Shown here piece by piece: positions 19,243 to 28,588 of a DNA stretch of 64,000 bases. Position 1 is the first letter of the stretch; the number at the start of each line of letters is the position of its first letter. The position numbers were made by a program, and so were the translations under genes. The notes under the pieces were generated by a model. That model made no database searches and was not told the origin of the DNA. It worked only from the letters and a program-made list of their open reading frames with translations. Origin of the DNA: a virus; IMG/VR virus record IMGVR_UViG_3300048074_000120, positions 96,001-160,000 of that record; one strand, given 5' to 3'.

Positions 19243-19704
19243 CTACTTGCTGCGGGGCGGGATTGTACCAACCACCGCCGCCAAACCTTTCTCCACTTCC
19301 TCCTCTACTTCTTCGATTATGCCATGGTCCAACTGCAGGTTATCGAGGCTGGTTCGAATCGACTCAAAGCCGTTGCGGACAGTTGTCGTTAGGCCATTTA
19401 TCGCCTGAATCAATCCCTTTTCCGTCAGTTGCATGTTGTTGATGGATTCAACCATTGCCAGCTGCCTACTCGACAAGTGGGCAATGATTCTCACATGCGG
19501 GTCATCGCTCTGAAGCAAAGCCGACGTCAACCCGGACTGATCTTTGTAACACGCACACTCAGAATTCATGCATGTAGGAGGCGGGGCGGAGTCGCTCATG
19601 CCCCCATTATGCACGAAGGCCGTCAAAGAGCAAAAGCTACGCCCCGGCCCAGTGCTGAGGGGGATGGCACGAGCCAGGGCTGTAGCAGGTCTTTGTACAA
19701 TCAC
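19243..19704 (-). CDS. Coiled-coil hypothetical protein (start may be ATG 19599)
   Basis: Heptad-rich segment; GTG overlaps upstream stop. Confidence 0.55.
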   Translation of the reverse strand: MIVQRPATALARAIPLSTGPGRSFCSLTAFVHNGGMSDSAPPPTCMNSECACYKDQSGLTSALLQSDDPHVRIIAHLSSRQLAMVESINNMQLTEKGLIQAINGLTTTVRNGFESIRTSLDNLQLDHGIIEEVEEEVEKGLAAVVGTIPPRSK

Positions 19705-20132
19705 GCGGAGTCTGGGTCGACAGGGGTATTGACGTCGCGTGAAGGATCGTTCAGCAAGAAGCTCTCGGGCGGGATATTCCGAATCTGCTGAACAGCATTG
19801 AGCATATCACTCTCGATTTTATTGACCCTCTCAAGCTCATTCGGCCTGGTTGTAGTACCCGCCCCAGTGATGCGCTCGATCTGCTGGCTCGCCAGTTCCT
19901 CGTACGTTATCGCTGCAAAAGCTTCTGCAGTTTGACGACCCTGTACTGCGCCAAGGGACTGGTTGATAACCAGCCGAAGCTGGAAGTTCAAGTCCAGCCC
20001 ATTGGACTCTTGCTGGGACTGCTGAGAGGGGCTGGCTACCGACGGCACTAGGTAAGTGTACCAGGCGACGGCGGGTATGGCTGAGAAGATGCCTGTTTGG
20101 TCAACCACCAAATTGCTAGCTTCCCTATACAA
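19701..20132 (-). CDS. Hypothetical protein, start uncertain
   Basis: Protein-like C-terminal 110 aa; only a TTG start; overlaps upstream ORF by 85 nt. Confidence 0.45.
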   Translation of the reverse strand: MYREASNLVVDQTGIFSAIPAVAWYTYLVPSVASPSQQSQQESNGLDLNFQLRLVINQSLGAVQGRQTAEAFAAITYEELASQQIERITGAGTTTRPNELERVNKIESDMLNAVQQIRNIPPESFLLNDPSRDVNTPVDPDSA

Positions 20133-20617
20133 GCCAACTGCACCGCATCCGGTTTCGCCTGCTCAAACGGCGAATACAACCTAATACATTCCTCCGGCCT
20201 AGGTGAGATGCCTGGGGAGACTTGTGCTGCATGTATCCCGCCCTGCAAAATGACACCACTATCAAACAAAGAAAATTCTCCACACAGGGCTACTAACCCT
20301 CGTGTCGGATTCTCTACGGGAATAACTACCCCTGGACGGCTCTTGGCGGCCTCCTCCAAGGAAAGAGACGCAATCGACTCAACCACTTGATCAGCGATAT
20401 GCCCTCGAGCAAGGGTGACAGGAATCACCGAAAGAATCTGCGCCACACTACTTACCTTGACTGAGCTCACGGTGGGATCAGGCAGTTCCACGGCAAAGCT
20501 CGCAATGTAGAAGCCATCCTCCTTCTGCTTAGTTGCCCAGGGCTCTGACGGCTGAACCGCCATCGTGTAAATGCGCTCTTCCCCAGGCTTCCACATGATC
20601 CAAATCGTCTTGATCAT
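20048..20617 (-). CDS. Hypothetical protein
   Basis: ATG 20617 overlaps upstream stop. Confidence 0.5.
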   Translation of the reverse strand: MIKTIWIMWKPGEERIYTMAVQPSEPWATKQKEDGFYIASFAVELPDPTVSSVKVSSVAQILSVIPVTLARGHIADQVVESIASLSLEEAAKSRPGVVIPVENPTRGLVALCGEFSLFDSGVILQGGIHAAQVSPGISPRPEECIRLYSPFEQAKPDAVQLACIGKLAIWWLTKQASSQPYPPSPGTLT

Positions 20618-20823
20618 TCGGTATCTCCAACGTAGAAATTGTCCTCGTCCCTTGGGCACTCCTCTTTCATCAGCACAAGGCAGCGCTTGATGCTGCCAGC
20701 ACCGGTGCCCCAGGACTTTGTGACATGACCGCAATCGCTACAGGTTGCCTTGGTGCAATCTTGCATGCGACCACGGTCATTGGTCTCTTGTGTGAACTCT
20801 ATCTCGCACTCAACCCGGGCCAT
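20614..20823 (-). CDS. Small Cys-containing hypothetical protein
   Basis: MARVECEIEF.. with CSDC; SD AAGGAAG. Confidence 0.6.
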   Translation of the reverse strand: MARVECEIEFTQETNDRGRMQDCTKATCSDCGHVTKSWGTGAGSIKRCLVLMKEECPRDEDNFYVGDTE

Positions 20824-21295
20824 CGGTTTCTTCCTTGAACCAGTCGGGCTGATCTCGACGAAGGATAGCTTCAACCTCCTGCGCCGAATAATCCCGAGTG
20901 GCCACAACCTCACAGCCCCACACCTTGACCTTGGTGAAGAGCTCTCGAAGGATCTCAGTTACTGCTGCAGTAGCCTTGTCCACATCCTCCTTCTTCAGTA
21001 CGGTGTCGTCTCCGTCAGGGCTCCAGTACTCCTCAAAGTCCTCGATGAGAGCCTCCGTTGCCCGTTCCATGGCCTGCTCGGCGCAGTGAGCAATCATCTC
21101 ATCGGTGATCTCACGGGGGTTCATCGCATTGACGGTCAGCGGGCAATCCTCTGCAATCTTGTCGAGGAGTTCTTGCCCATGAAGTGACTCACCGTCGAAG
21201 TACTCAACGATCTCTTCCTCGGGATCTTGCGCGGAAAGAATCTCGCGATCCCGCGCGTCGTAGAACTTAGCATTCGCAAACTTGTCTTCGCACAT
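20810..21295 (-). CDS. Acidic hypothetical protein
   Basis: SD GGAGG before ATG 21295. Confidence 0.65.
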   Translation of the reverse strand: MCEDKFANAKFYDARDREILSAQDPEEEIVEYFDGESLHGQELLDKIAEDCPLTVNAMNPREITDEMIAHCAEQAMERATEALIEDFEEYWSPDGDDTVLKKEDVDKATAAVTEILRELFTKVKVWGCEVVATRDYSAQEVEAILRRDQPDWFKEETDGPG

Positions 21296-21311
21296 AGCTA
21301 CAACCTCCGAC

Positions 21312-22112
21312 TTACCCGTTGTGACAACCGTAGCCAGAACCATAGGCGGCATCAACAGAATCAGAATCTGCTGGTGGTAAGTTCGCTGCATTGATTCCAG
21401 TTGGTTTAGTCACCTGATTTTCAAACTGACGATAGGCCATAGAAGGGACAGGGCCCAGAGAGGCCTCACCGGTGTAATTACCCCTCTGCTTGTAGTCGGT
21501 GACCTCTCCTTTGAGCGTGTGAAAGCGCATCTGGCCAAAGCGCATCCCTGGATAAACGATGGTCGGGTACTGGGCAACAACCTCAAGGGTGTATTGACCG
21601 TCGAAGCCAGTGTCTCCGTAACCAGCGGTGACATGTACTGTCAAGAAGAGTCGACCGATGGAAGACTTGCCGTCCAGCACGGGGACGTAGTCCATCGTCC
21701 AGATGCGCTCAACGGTGTGCATGAGATACCCGATGCCGGGCTTCAAAAGCCAACCCTTAGCAGGATCAATCTCAAACTCCCACACGTTGAGCTTCTTCCT
21801 GGCGTCAAGAACTCTCGACAAATCACGCTGAATATTATCGCCCCGTCTTCTGCTGACGCTGGTCTTAGTGTGATCTGGAAGAATTTGATCTCGGTAATCG
21901 TAGAATGATTGACCCATGCCAGCCATGGGGTCCGAAATACTAACGACATCCGAATAGACAGCAACCCGGTTGCCGAGCGTCAGATCGTAGGAGTTCGAGT
22001 TGACACGGTCAGGGTCCAGTACCCTACCGCCATCCCCATCAATAATGGTGATGCGATTGGCACGGCACTGCTCGAGTATCTCGAGCCCAGTTAGAATTCC
22101 AGCGTTATCCAT
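21312..22112 (-). CDS. dcd: dCTP deaminase (trimeric dUTPase superfamily)
   Basis: VNSNSYDLTLG, GYLMHTVE, DGKSSIGRL..VHVTAGYGDTGFDGQYTLEV, YPGMRFGQM. Confidence 0.9.
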   Translation of the reverse strand: MDNAGILTGLEILEQCRANRITIIDGDGGRVLDPDRVNSNSYDLTLGNRVAVYSDVVSISDPMAGMGQSFYDYRDQILPDHTKTSVSRRRGDNIQRDLSRVLDARKKLNVWEFEIDPAKGWLLKPGIGYLMHTVERIWTMDYVPVLDGKSSIGRLFLTVHVTAGYGDTGFDGQYTLEVVAQYPTIVYPGMRFGQMRFHTLKGEVTDYKQRGNYTGEASLGPVPSMAYRQFENQVTKPTGINAANLPPADSDSVDAAYGSGYGCHNG

Positions 22113-22656
22113 TCTCAGCCACCACATCCGCATTGTTCGGGTTTTGCACCCAATCACGCTTTGAGACTTTTTGCCAAGTTGCCTCGAGGATACTCAGGAA
22201 TGTTCCGCCCTTGACCGCGTGCGCTGACAAGGCCTCCATCTGAAAGAGGATGTTTCGAAACAACCCCTCCATCATCCGTGCGTGGTGCTCAGCTCCTCCA
22301 CGGATGTTTTGCTCGCCCTTGAGCTGGTGGTGCGCGATGGCGCGCATCAAGGGGGTAACAAAGTGCGGCATACGCTCGGCGTTCTTGTCTCGAGGTTGCC
22401 GCATCTCGTACAAGCTAGGCAGCTCCCATCCTGCAATGTTGCAGTAATTGAGCATGTAGATGCCAACGTCTCCTATAGAATCGAACAGCTTCTCCTTGCT
22501 GTCGAGCATCCACGCCTCAGCCACCTCCCCTAGCTCCTCAATGAGGCCGAGCGCCATGCGGTGCGCTTGCTGAACCCCAAAGTTCCTCAGCGACCACTCA
22601 CGCTGCTCCCGCTGAATCTCTGCCAATCGTTGTGCTACCGTCTTGTCCATACTCAA
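22105..22656 (-). CDS. MazG-like nucleotide pyrophosphohydrolase
   Basis: LGLIEELGEVAEA..DSIGDVGIYMLN; C-terminal TWQKVSKRDW. Confidence 0.8.
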   Translation of the reverse strand: MSMDKTVAQRLAEIQREQREWSLRNFGVQQAHRMALGLIEELGEVAEAWMLDSKEKLFDSIGDVGIYMLNYCNIAGWELPSLYEMRQPRDKNAERMPHFVTPLMRAIAHHQLKGEQNIRGGAEHHARMMEGLFRNILFQMEALSAHAVKGGTFLSILEATWQKVSKRDWVQNPNNADVVAENG

Positions 22657-22952
22657 TGTCTCATTCCTGGTGGAAATGATGGAGGGCCTTGAACAGGAAG
22701 TTCATCACCCTCTAGTTGTTCTTTGCTCAACAGCGCAGCCCTCTGGTACACAAGCACCAGGCCGCGGTCAGCCTCCCTGCCCAGCATAGTTTGCATGACG
22801 AACCCCTCGCCAGTGTTGGCGTTCAGGGACTCCTGCAACTTACGGGCAAACTCTACCGAGTTATCCTCGACAATAGCGTCGCACCGATACTCGATGCTCA
22901 CCGGTTGCCCCGTGCTGGAAACCGGATAGCGTCTACTCATCATCGTCTTCAC
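22653..22952 (-). CDS. Hypothetical protein
   Basis: Operon-coupled ORF. Confidence 0.55.
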   Translation of the reverse strand: MKTMMSRRYPVSSTGQPVSIEYRCDAIVEDNSVEFARKLQESLNANTGEGFVMQTMLGREADRGLVLVYQRAALLSKEQLEGDELPVQGPPSFPPGMRH

Positions 22953-23391
22953 TTTCTCGTTCAGCAGCCGGATCTAGCACAACGGTGCGAGCGATTGTAC
23001 TCTCCATTGCCTGCCCTACAACGTCCCAGTAAAGTCGAAGAGCCATACGAATCTGTGCCGGGCTGAACTCTATGGTGTACTTCCTCTTCTCAGCCATGTC
23101 CTCAACGTACGGCCTAAAATTCGTTTGAGCCTCGAGTATCTCGCCAAGCAGGCGGATGAAACGTACCGTCTTCTCCTGCGCACGGACTGCAGTGCCCGTC
23201 TTCGTGAGCTGATCCTGAAGATTTCCCTCAGAGCGCGCCAACTGCTCCTGCAAATCCTTGATGATCTCTCCGGTGCCTCCGTCGGTTGCCACCTCATTCA
23301 GTGCGGCATTGAACTCTGTATTGGCTTGTGGATCTCTGCGCAGAAGACCATGCAGGCGAGGGTACTTCGACAAAATGGGACGTCCAGACAT
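22933..23391 (-). CDS. Coiled-coil hypothetical protein
   Basis: ATG after GGAGG; co-oriented. Confidence 0.65.
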   Translation of the reverse strand: MSGRPILSKYPRLHGLLRRDPQANTEFNAALNEVATDGGTGEIIKDLQEQLARSEGNLQDQLTKTGTAVRAQEKTVRFIRLLGEILEAQTNFRPYVEDMAEKRKYTIEFSPAQIRMALRLYWDVVGQAMESTIARTVVLDPAAERESEDDDE

Positions 23392-23396
23392 GCCGG

Positions 23397-23573
23397 CTAG
23401 CCTCCTTCGCGTCCCTTATCACCGCGCTTCGGCCAGTACTTGCCGACCAGCACGGCCAGGACACAAATGGCGAATACAAGGGCGCACCACCAAAGCCAAA
23501 GCTTGAATGCCCAATGGACGATGAATACCGCGGCGTGGCCTAGCACAATCAGAACCTGAGCTACTTCATGCAT
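23397..23573 (-). CDS. 58-aa membrane protein (absent from ORF track)
   Basis: GGAGG-CAGT-ATG; MHEVAQVLIVLGHAAVFIVHWAFKLWLWWCALVFAICVLAVLVGKYWPKRGDKGREGG fills the gap exactly. Confidence 0.6.
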   Translation of the reverse strand: MHEVAQVLIVLGHAAVFIVHWAFKLWLWWCALVFAICVLAVLVGKYWPKRGDKGREGG

Positions 23574-23628
23574 ACTGCCTCCAAACGAGGGGCTACGCTG
23601 AAGGCGCCCTTTCGAGCGCCCAGCTTTC

Positions 23629-24303
23629 CTACGTCACAAGCGTCATCTGCTTTCCCCACTGCCTTACACAACGTTCGACCTCTTCCCAGCTGCTCACGTG
23701 AACGAGGCCTTCTTGAATTGACATCCCAGGCGATAGCCAGCGCAATGGAACACTGCCTGGCCAAGCTTCTCTGAACTCCAAGCAGTTCTCGGGTTTGTCA
23801 TCGACGAGGAAATCGCCGAGGAAATCGCCGTAGACCAGGTACTTGTGGTCGGTGAAAACCCAACGGCTGCCAAGGTCAGGGCCGAAGTGACTCTCGAGCC
23901 ACTCCATGCGGTCAAAGCACCAGGTGGCGCTGCCCTCCACGGGGGTTGTCACAAAGGCCACATCAAACAAGCTGGCCAAGCGCTTCACGCCTTGTACCGC
24001 CCCGGGGAATGGGAGCAGCATGTTGGCGGAACCGGGAAGACGAAGCACTTCGTAGACCTCGTCCTCCTGCTTGTGCGTGAGCCCCAACTCCTTGGCGACA
24101 TCCCACTTGGTTGGCCTCCAATTGATAGGGATGTCCCGAAACTTGAGGTTCCGAACGGCATTGACCATCAACTGAACGAAGTCAGCTACGACCCCGTCAA
24201 CATCCAGCAATACCCTGGGGCGCCTACTAGTAATGCCCGACGACGTGGGCGTCAGCTTAGAAAGGGAATTCGTCGTCTTTGCCTCTGCGTCTTGGCTCGC
24301 CAT
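23629..24303 (-). CDS. 5'(3')-deoxyribonucleotidase, HAD superfamily (true start probably near 24230)
   Basis: LLDVDGVVADF, PFPGAVQGV, VAFVTTP, WLESHFG, LVDDKPEN. Confidence 0.85.
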   Translation of the reverse strand: MASQDAEAKTTNSLSKLTPTSSGITSRRPRVLLDVDGVVADFVQLMVNAVRNLKFRDIPINWRPTKWDVAKELGLTHKQEDEVYEVLRLPGSANMLLPFPGAVQGVKRLASLFDVAFVTTPVEGSATWCFDRMEWLESHFGPDLGSRWVFTDHKYLVYGDFLGDFLVDDKPENCLEFREAWPGSVPLRWLSPGMSIQEGLVHVSSWEEVERCVRQWGKQMTLVT

Positions 24304-24559
24304 CGGGTAGTTCTCCTGAATCTCCTGGATGCTCCATTACTTGCTCACTGCGTTCAGCTTCCTTGGTTGGCACCAGCGAAAGACAAACATCATCGGTCCA
24401 GTCTAGTCGAACACCTGGGTTCAGCACCAGGTTGAACTGCCCGAAGCGAACTGGGAATACTGCACCGGCAATGGTTCTGTGCTTTGGGTTCACCTTGCTG
24501 GTGATTCGTAACAAGTACGGCGGTGGGCCACGATACGGGGCCTCTGTTGTACTTTTCAT
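24257..24559 (-). CDS. Small protein with SSB-like acidic tail (possible ssDNA-binding protein)
   Basis: Ends GKDDEFPF; beta-rich core IAGAVF..FNLVLN. Confidence 0.45.
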   Translation of the reverse strand: MKSTTEAPYRGPPPYLLRITSKVNPKHRTIAGAVFPVRFGQFNLVLNPGVRLDWTDDVCLSLVPTKEAERSEQVMEHPGDSGELPDGEPRRRGKDDEFPF

Positions 24560-24579
24560 CAAACTGCTCCTTGTTGAAA

Positions 24580-26307
24580 TCAATCGTAGAAAATGTCTGC
24601 TGCTTTCATCTCCTTGTAGCCATCAATGAGCTCCAGCGTACGCAGGCGGCTCAATGCATTGTCGAAGCCACTACTCGTTTGTGAATACCCCGAGTGTTCA
24701 GCGATGTACTCCTTACCGACGGCAAAAGGCCCGCCCGGCATCTTCCCAGCGTCGTAGATGACCGTGAGCAAGGTCCGCTCACACTTGTGCAGCTTGGCGC
24801 ACCAGTACTCGAGTAGAGCTTGCCCCTTGGGGAGCGGCTCAACCTTCCCGGCTACCTGCCTGCCACCAGCCGTGATGGACAGGGCACTTCGGGGGCCCTC
24901 GATCAGGTTTCGCGTGCGAAGAGTCGACAGGCTGTTATCGAAACCGCTGCTCTTGATCGAGTACCCAGTGAGGATGGCCAACTGCGTGTCAGTCGTCGTC
25001 TCGTGCTGCCGTTCCGCTAGAACAGCCAGCATTGCCCGCGGGCAAGCGCTAAGGCCCTTGGAGGCCTCGGTCGAAATTGTGGGCAATTGGTGCTGTTTCT
25101 TCAGTGGCACTTTCAGAGGCACCCTCGGCTCCGAGGTCGTTGGGCCGGGTTTTGCTCGAGCAACTGGAGGCTCACCGCTGGACACGATCGCCTTCACATC
25201 CCACAAGCGGTTGAGGGTTTCCTCGGTTTGTGCCGACGCCGCCCCCAACTTCTCGATGAGAGCATTGAGCTCCTGCAGGTCGACGGCGGGGCGCTCCTTT
25301 TGCTGACGTACCTTCCGCTGTAGATCCTCGAGCTCTTCTCGCGTCTTGACGAGCTCGCGCTCGGTGACCCGCAACGCCGCACGCAGCGTTGCCAGATCGT
25401 CCTTCTTTGCCGCCTCGAGCGTTTCTGCGATGCGACCTCGTAGCTTGTCGATGTCGACGTCAGCCAAGCTCGCCACCTTGCGAGCCGCACTGCCTTTGAG
25501 ATTCTTTGGCGTGGCGCCAGAATCGAAGGTTCTGCTGAACCTGAACTTTAACCGTTCGGTCTTCTTCAGAAAGTGCGGCGACCACACCCAGGCTTCGCCA
25601 TCGGCGAGCCCAGACAGCGTCGGCAGGAGGTCCTCCCCAAACGCGTGATACTTCGTCCAGGCCTTGATCGCTTCGATGTCCTGCGGACCTGTGGTGCGCA
25701 TGACGAAGAGCGTCTCGACCTGCGTCAGCACATCCTTATTCACCACAGCACTTCGTTGCGTTGCGAGCGTAATCCCAATGCCCCGCCCACGGCCGCGCCG
25801 CACGATGTTCTCCCAAGCACGCTTGAGGTGCAACTCGTCGCGCATGGGCCGCTGGGGGATGTAATCATCCGCCTCCTCTAAAAAGAGGTGCAGTGGGTCC
25901 CGGTTCTTGGCGTAGATGCGCCGGGCGAACGCCAGCAGGAAAGCTTTCCTGTCTGCCTCGGAGTCGAACCCTGAAAGGTCCAGAATCGAGGACAGCCGCT
26001 GGGATACGATGACATCCGCAACGAGCTCTCCCGAGCCGCGCGTGAGCGGGACATCCCCATGTTCGCCGCCGAAGATGAAGACGGGCAGGCCCCCGCCGGC
26101 GGATCCATCCCGCCCAGAGCGAAGGCCATACCAAGAACCAACAGGGTCAACGACCACGAATGGAAGCGAGGCCTCGAACATCTCCTCCGCCATGGATCGC
26201 ATGGCATTGGTCTTACCGGCTCCACGTACTGCCAGGAGCCCGAAAGTACTCGTCACCGCGTCGAGCGGCAGTTGCACCGTCTTTGAAATGTTCAGCAATT
26301 GAGACAT
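24580..26307 (-). CDS. HerA/FtsK-like (DUF87-type) P-loop ATPase with C-terminal winged-helix repeats
   Basis: Walker A AVRGAGKT, Walker B LFLEEAD, GRGRGIGITLATQR; coiled coil; duplicated SSGFDNxLSxLRTxxLI. Confidence 0.85.
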   Translation of the reverse strand: MSQLLNISKTVQLPLDAVTSTFGLLAVRGAGKTNAMRSMAEEMFEASLPFVVVDPVGSWYGLRSGRDGSAGGGLPVFIFGGEHGDVPLTRGSGELVADVIVSQRLSSILDLSGFDSEADRKAFLLAFARRIYAKNRDPLHLFLEEADDYIPQRPMRDELHLKRAWENIVRRGRGRGIGITLATQRSAVVNKDVLTQVETLFVMRTTGPQDIEAIKAWTKYHAFGEDLLPTLSGLADGEAWVWSPHFLKKTERLKFRFSRTFDSGATPKNLKGSAARKVASLADVDIDKLRGRIAETLEAAKKDDLATLRAALRVTERELVKTREELEDLQRKVRQQKERPAVDLQELNALIEKLGAASAQTEETLNRLWDVKAIVSSGEPPVARAKPGPTTSEPRVPLKVPLKKQHQLPTISTEASKGLSACPRAMLAVLAERQHETTTDTQLAILTGYSIKSSGFDNSLSTLRTRNLIEGPRSALSITAGGRQVAGKVEPLPKGQALLEYWCAKLHKCERTLLTVIYDAGKMPGGPFAVGKEYIAEHSGYSQTSSGFDNALSRLRTLELIDGYKEMKAADIFYD

Positions 26308-26313
26308 AGGCTC

Positions 26314-27087
26314 CTACAGCGTCTTGGTGTCGAGCCACAAAGCGATCATGAAGGAAACGGACTTATCCGAGCGACTGTGCTCGATACGCCCGATCAACAT
26401 TGGGTCAGGCCGCGGTCGACTGGTGTTTGGAAGAATGCCAATGGAGTCGAAGATCAGGGTCTTCTGGGCCCTATCCAAGTTCTCCAAAATCGCCATGCGT
26501 GCGAGCTTCACCGGAAAGGAGACTTTCTGAAAGCCTTTGGCGACACGCCACTTCTCGATGGATCCTTCCTTGTCGCCAGGCCTCTTCTCGATCTCGTTTT
26601 TGGTCTCAGGGGAAACATACCTGCCTTCACCGAGAGCCGCCCCATCAGGAGAGACCGCGGGCATCGAGCCGCCCCAGGTTACTTTCCGTTCCACAGAGGC
26701 GGGTTCTTCTGCCACCGTGCGCACGGCGATGATCTGCACGGGAAAGTCCGGCACAATGCAATACCCGGCGGCGAGCGCCGCATGAAGCTTCTCGTAGAAG
26801 ACTACATCGGCGGCGGCGTCATCGACCTTGCTCTTGAAGGCAGCTGTGCGCTGATGCATCTCCTTGACCTTGGCAAGCTCAGTCTCTGCCGTGGTCAACG
26901 CCGCTTTTGCTTCAGCGATCTTGCCTAGCGGCCATTGGCCAAGCTGCTCGCGCGAACTTGCCATCTCGGAGGCGTTGCGTGCCACAACAACCAGATCAGT
27001 AGCCACCGGGAGAGGAAGCTCGATGGTGGCCTCTGCCGGTTGAATGATAGTGACCTCGGGAGTCTTTTCGATAGCTGTTTCAGTCAT
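26314..27087 (-). CDS. Hypothetical protein with coiled coil
   Basis: ATG 27087 overlaps upstream stop. Confidence 0.7.
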   Translation of the reverse strand: MTETAIEKTPEVTIIQPAEATIELPLPVATDLVVVARNASEMASSREQLGQWPLGKIAEAKAALTTAETELAKVKEMHQRTAAFKSKVDDAAADVVFYEKLHAALAAGYCIVPDFPVQIIAVRTVAEEPASVERKVTWGGSMPAVSPDGAALGEGRYVSPETKNEIEKRPGDKEGSIEKWRVAKGFQKVSFPVKLARMAILENLDRAQKTLIFDSIGILPNTSRPRPDPMLIGRIEHSRSDKSVSFMIALWLDTKTL

Positions 27088-27353
27088 CGTCGTCTTTTCC
27101 AATCTGCGGGAAGAAACCCGCCCTTTGTGAGCCACTCATCGAGGGCTTCAAAGTTTGCAATGAACTCGAGCATTGGCTCGTAGTCGATATTGTGCGTGCG
27201 TCGAAGCCGCAACCCTGGATCGGCGGCAAGCGCAGCTTCATCTCGATACTTAGCATCGATGACTGCCTCACGAAGACTCGCGAGGGCTTTATCTGGATCC
27301 ATCATGCTCTTTCCTGGCTCCTGCATAGCGCAGTCACCAACCTGAATTGTCAC
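27084..27353 (-). CDS. Hypothetical protein
   Basis: MDPDKAL..LDEWLTKGGFLPADW, a common small phage protein pattern. Confidence 0.65.
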   Translation of the reverse strand: MTIQVGDCAMQEPGKSMMDPDKALASLREAVIDAKYRDEAALAADPGLRLRRTHNIDYEPMLEFIANFEALDEWLTKGGFLPADWKRRR

Positions 27354-27661
27354 CAGCGTTGTGTATCAGCAATCTTCTGAGCTACTCGTTGAACCAACGC
27401 GCCATTGGCCAAGGTTGCTTCAAAAGCTGCGAGCAACACCGATCGAATCCTTGCCTGCTGTTCTGGTTCCTGCAGTATCTCGAGCATCATTGTGTGCACG
27501 TGATTATTTACTGCCCGCACAAGAGCGCTGTTATCCCCTTTCGTTGCTTGCTCCAGCTGCTTCGTCAGCGCCTCAGAGAATATCGAACGCTGCAGCTCAA
27601 CAGGGACAACTTCAGCAATCGCCTTAGAGACGGCTGCCGTCAATGCTTCATGTAACTCCAT
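27350..27661 (-). CDS. Helical hypothetical protein
   Basis: SD GAGG; coupled stops. Confidence 0.65.
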   Translation of the reverse strand: MELHEALTAAVSKAIAEVVPVELQRSIFSEALTKQLEQATKGDNSALVRAVNNHVHTMMLEILQEPEQQARIRSVLLAAFEATLANGALVQRVAQKIADTQRW

Positions 27662-27668
27662 TACAACC

Positions 27669-27933
27669 TCACTTAGTAGTTTGCTGCCCTTGAGGATTCT
27701 CAGACGACTTTTTTGATCGTCTGCGCGGGGGTGCTTTTGTTCTGGGCTTTTGCTTGAAGTGCCCGTCCTCGATCAGCTCCTTGACGAGAGGGGGCGCATG
27801 CTTTGATGCGATTGGCGCTCCGTCTTTTCCCCACCTGATGCTGAAAACTCTGCCTGCCATTTGCCTCCAGGTAAGCCGCCATGCCCATGGTAAGGGTTGG
27901 GTCATCGCTTACAACGAGTTGAATTCGAACCAT
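27669..27933 (-). CDS. One or two small hypothetical proteins (overlapping frames)
   Basis: ORFs 27700-27933 and 27669-27905 each look coding over only part of their length. Confidence 0.4.
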
Positions 27934-27953
27934 GGTTGCCTCAACTATCGTTC

Positions 27954-28181
27954 TTATCCCTGTCTTCTGGCGATCTCGTCAGCCAGTGCTTGCGGGTCGA
28001 TACTGTAATAGTTGAGCAGGAGCCCGTCTACATGTTCCCAAACGGCGGAGAGCTCGAAGTTGGGATTCTGCTCCATCAACCAGTTGAGAAACTCCTTGAT
28101 GGTCTTCATCGGAAGACGCACCGCGTGCACCTTGGCCAATTGGGGAAACATCTCTGCTGAAAGAGCTGGGTTATCAGTCAT
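27954..28181 (-). CDS. Hypothetical protein
   Basis: SD GGAGGAG; coupled. Confidence 0.65.
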   Translation of the reverse strand: MTDNPALSAEMFPQLAKVHAVRLPMKTIKEFLNWLMEQNPNFELSAVWEHVDGLLLNYYSIDPQALADEIARRQG

Positions 28182-28588
28182 ACTCTCCTCCTTACTCCAC
28201 GGAGTTTACGGAGTTTACGGAGTGCCATACATGTCTTGTCACCTGGTGTCACAGCCGTACGACAAACATGAGGACGATCCTTATAAATAGTGCAGCGCAC
28301 CTTTTTTCCTGGAACCCCCTCCAGAAGGGCGCAGGCACACACGGAATCATCGGCTGCATCCACCAGCTCCTTAGTCTTTATTGCACCAGCCGGAACGTAT
28401 GAGCCCGACAGCGTAAGTGCCAGGCGATCAAAAATTGATGGCAAATGCACCAGTGTGCGAAACTTACTGCCTAGAGTTTTCCTAAGCGGAGCTAGTTCAT
28501 CCTGCCTAAGGTCAGCAAACACTATTTGATGTGATAGCGCTAGGCAGCAAGCCCCACATTTACAACAATCGAATTTGCGGTTGGACAT
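28178..28588 (-). CDS. YkgJ-family cysteine-cluster protein (CxxCxxCC)
   Basis: FDCCKCGACC..CALL..CTIYKDRPHVCR. Confidence 0.85.
   Translation of the reverse strand: MSNRKFDCCKCGACCLALSHQIVFADLRQDELAPLRKTLGSKFRTLVHLPSIFDRLALTLSGSYVPAGAIKTKELVDAADDSVCACALLEGVPGKKVRCTIYKDRPHVCRTAVTPGDKTCMALRKLRKLRGVRRRV

Noticed and set aside
19345-19365. GGTTCGAATC T-loop-like string
   Set aside because: No flanking T-stem or acceptor pairing; lies antisense within a coding region
27953-27962. CAGGGATAAG on the minus strand as another promoter copy
   Set aside because: No YAA at the 17-nt position; the sequence is also the last codons and stop of ORF 27954-28181; left uncounted
28197-28225. 9-bp tandem repeat ACGGAGTTT (and CTTGGCATC at 45619)
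   Set aside because: In-frame coding repeats (LRKLRKLR, DAKDAK); no sign of phase variation
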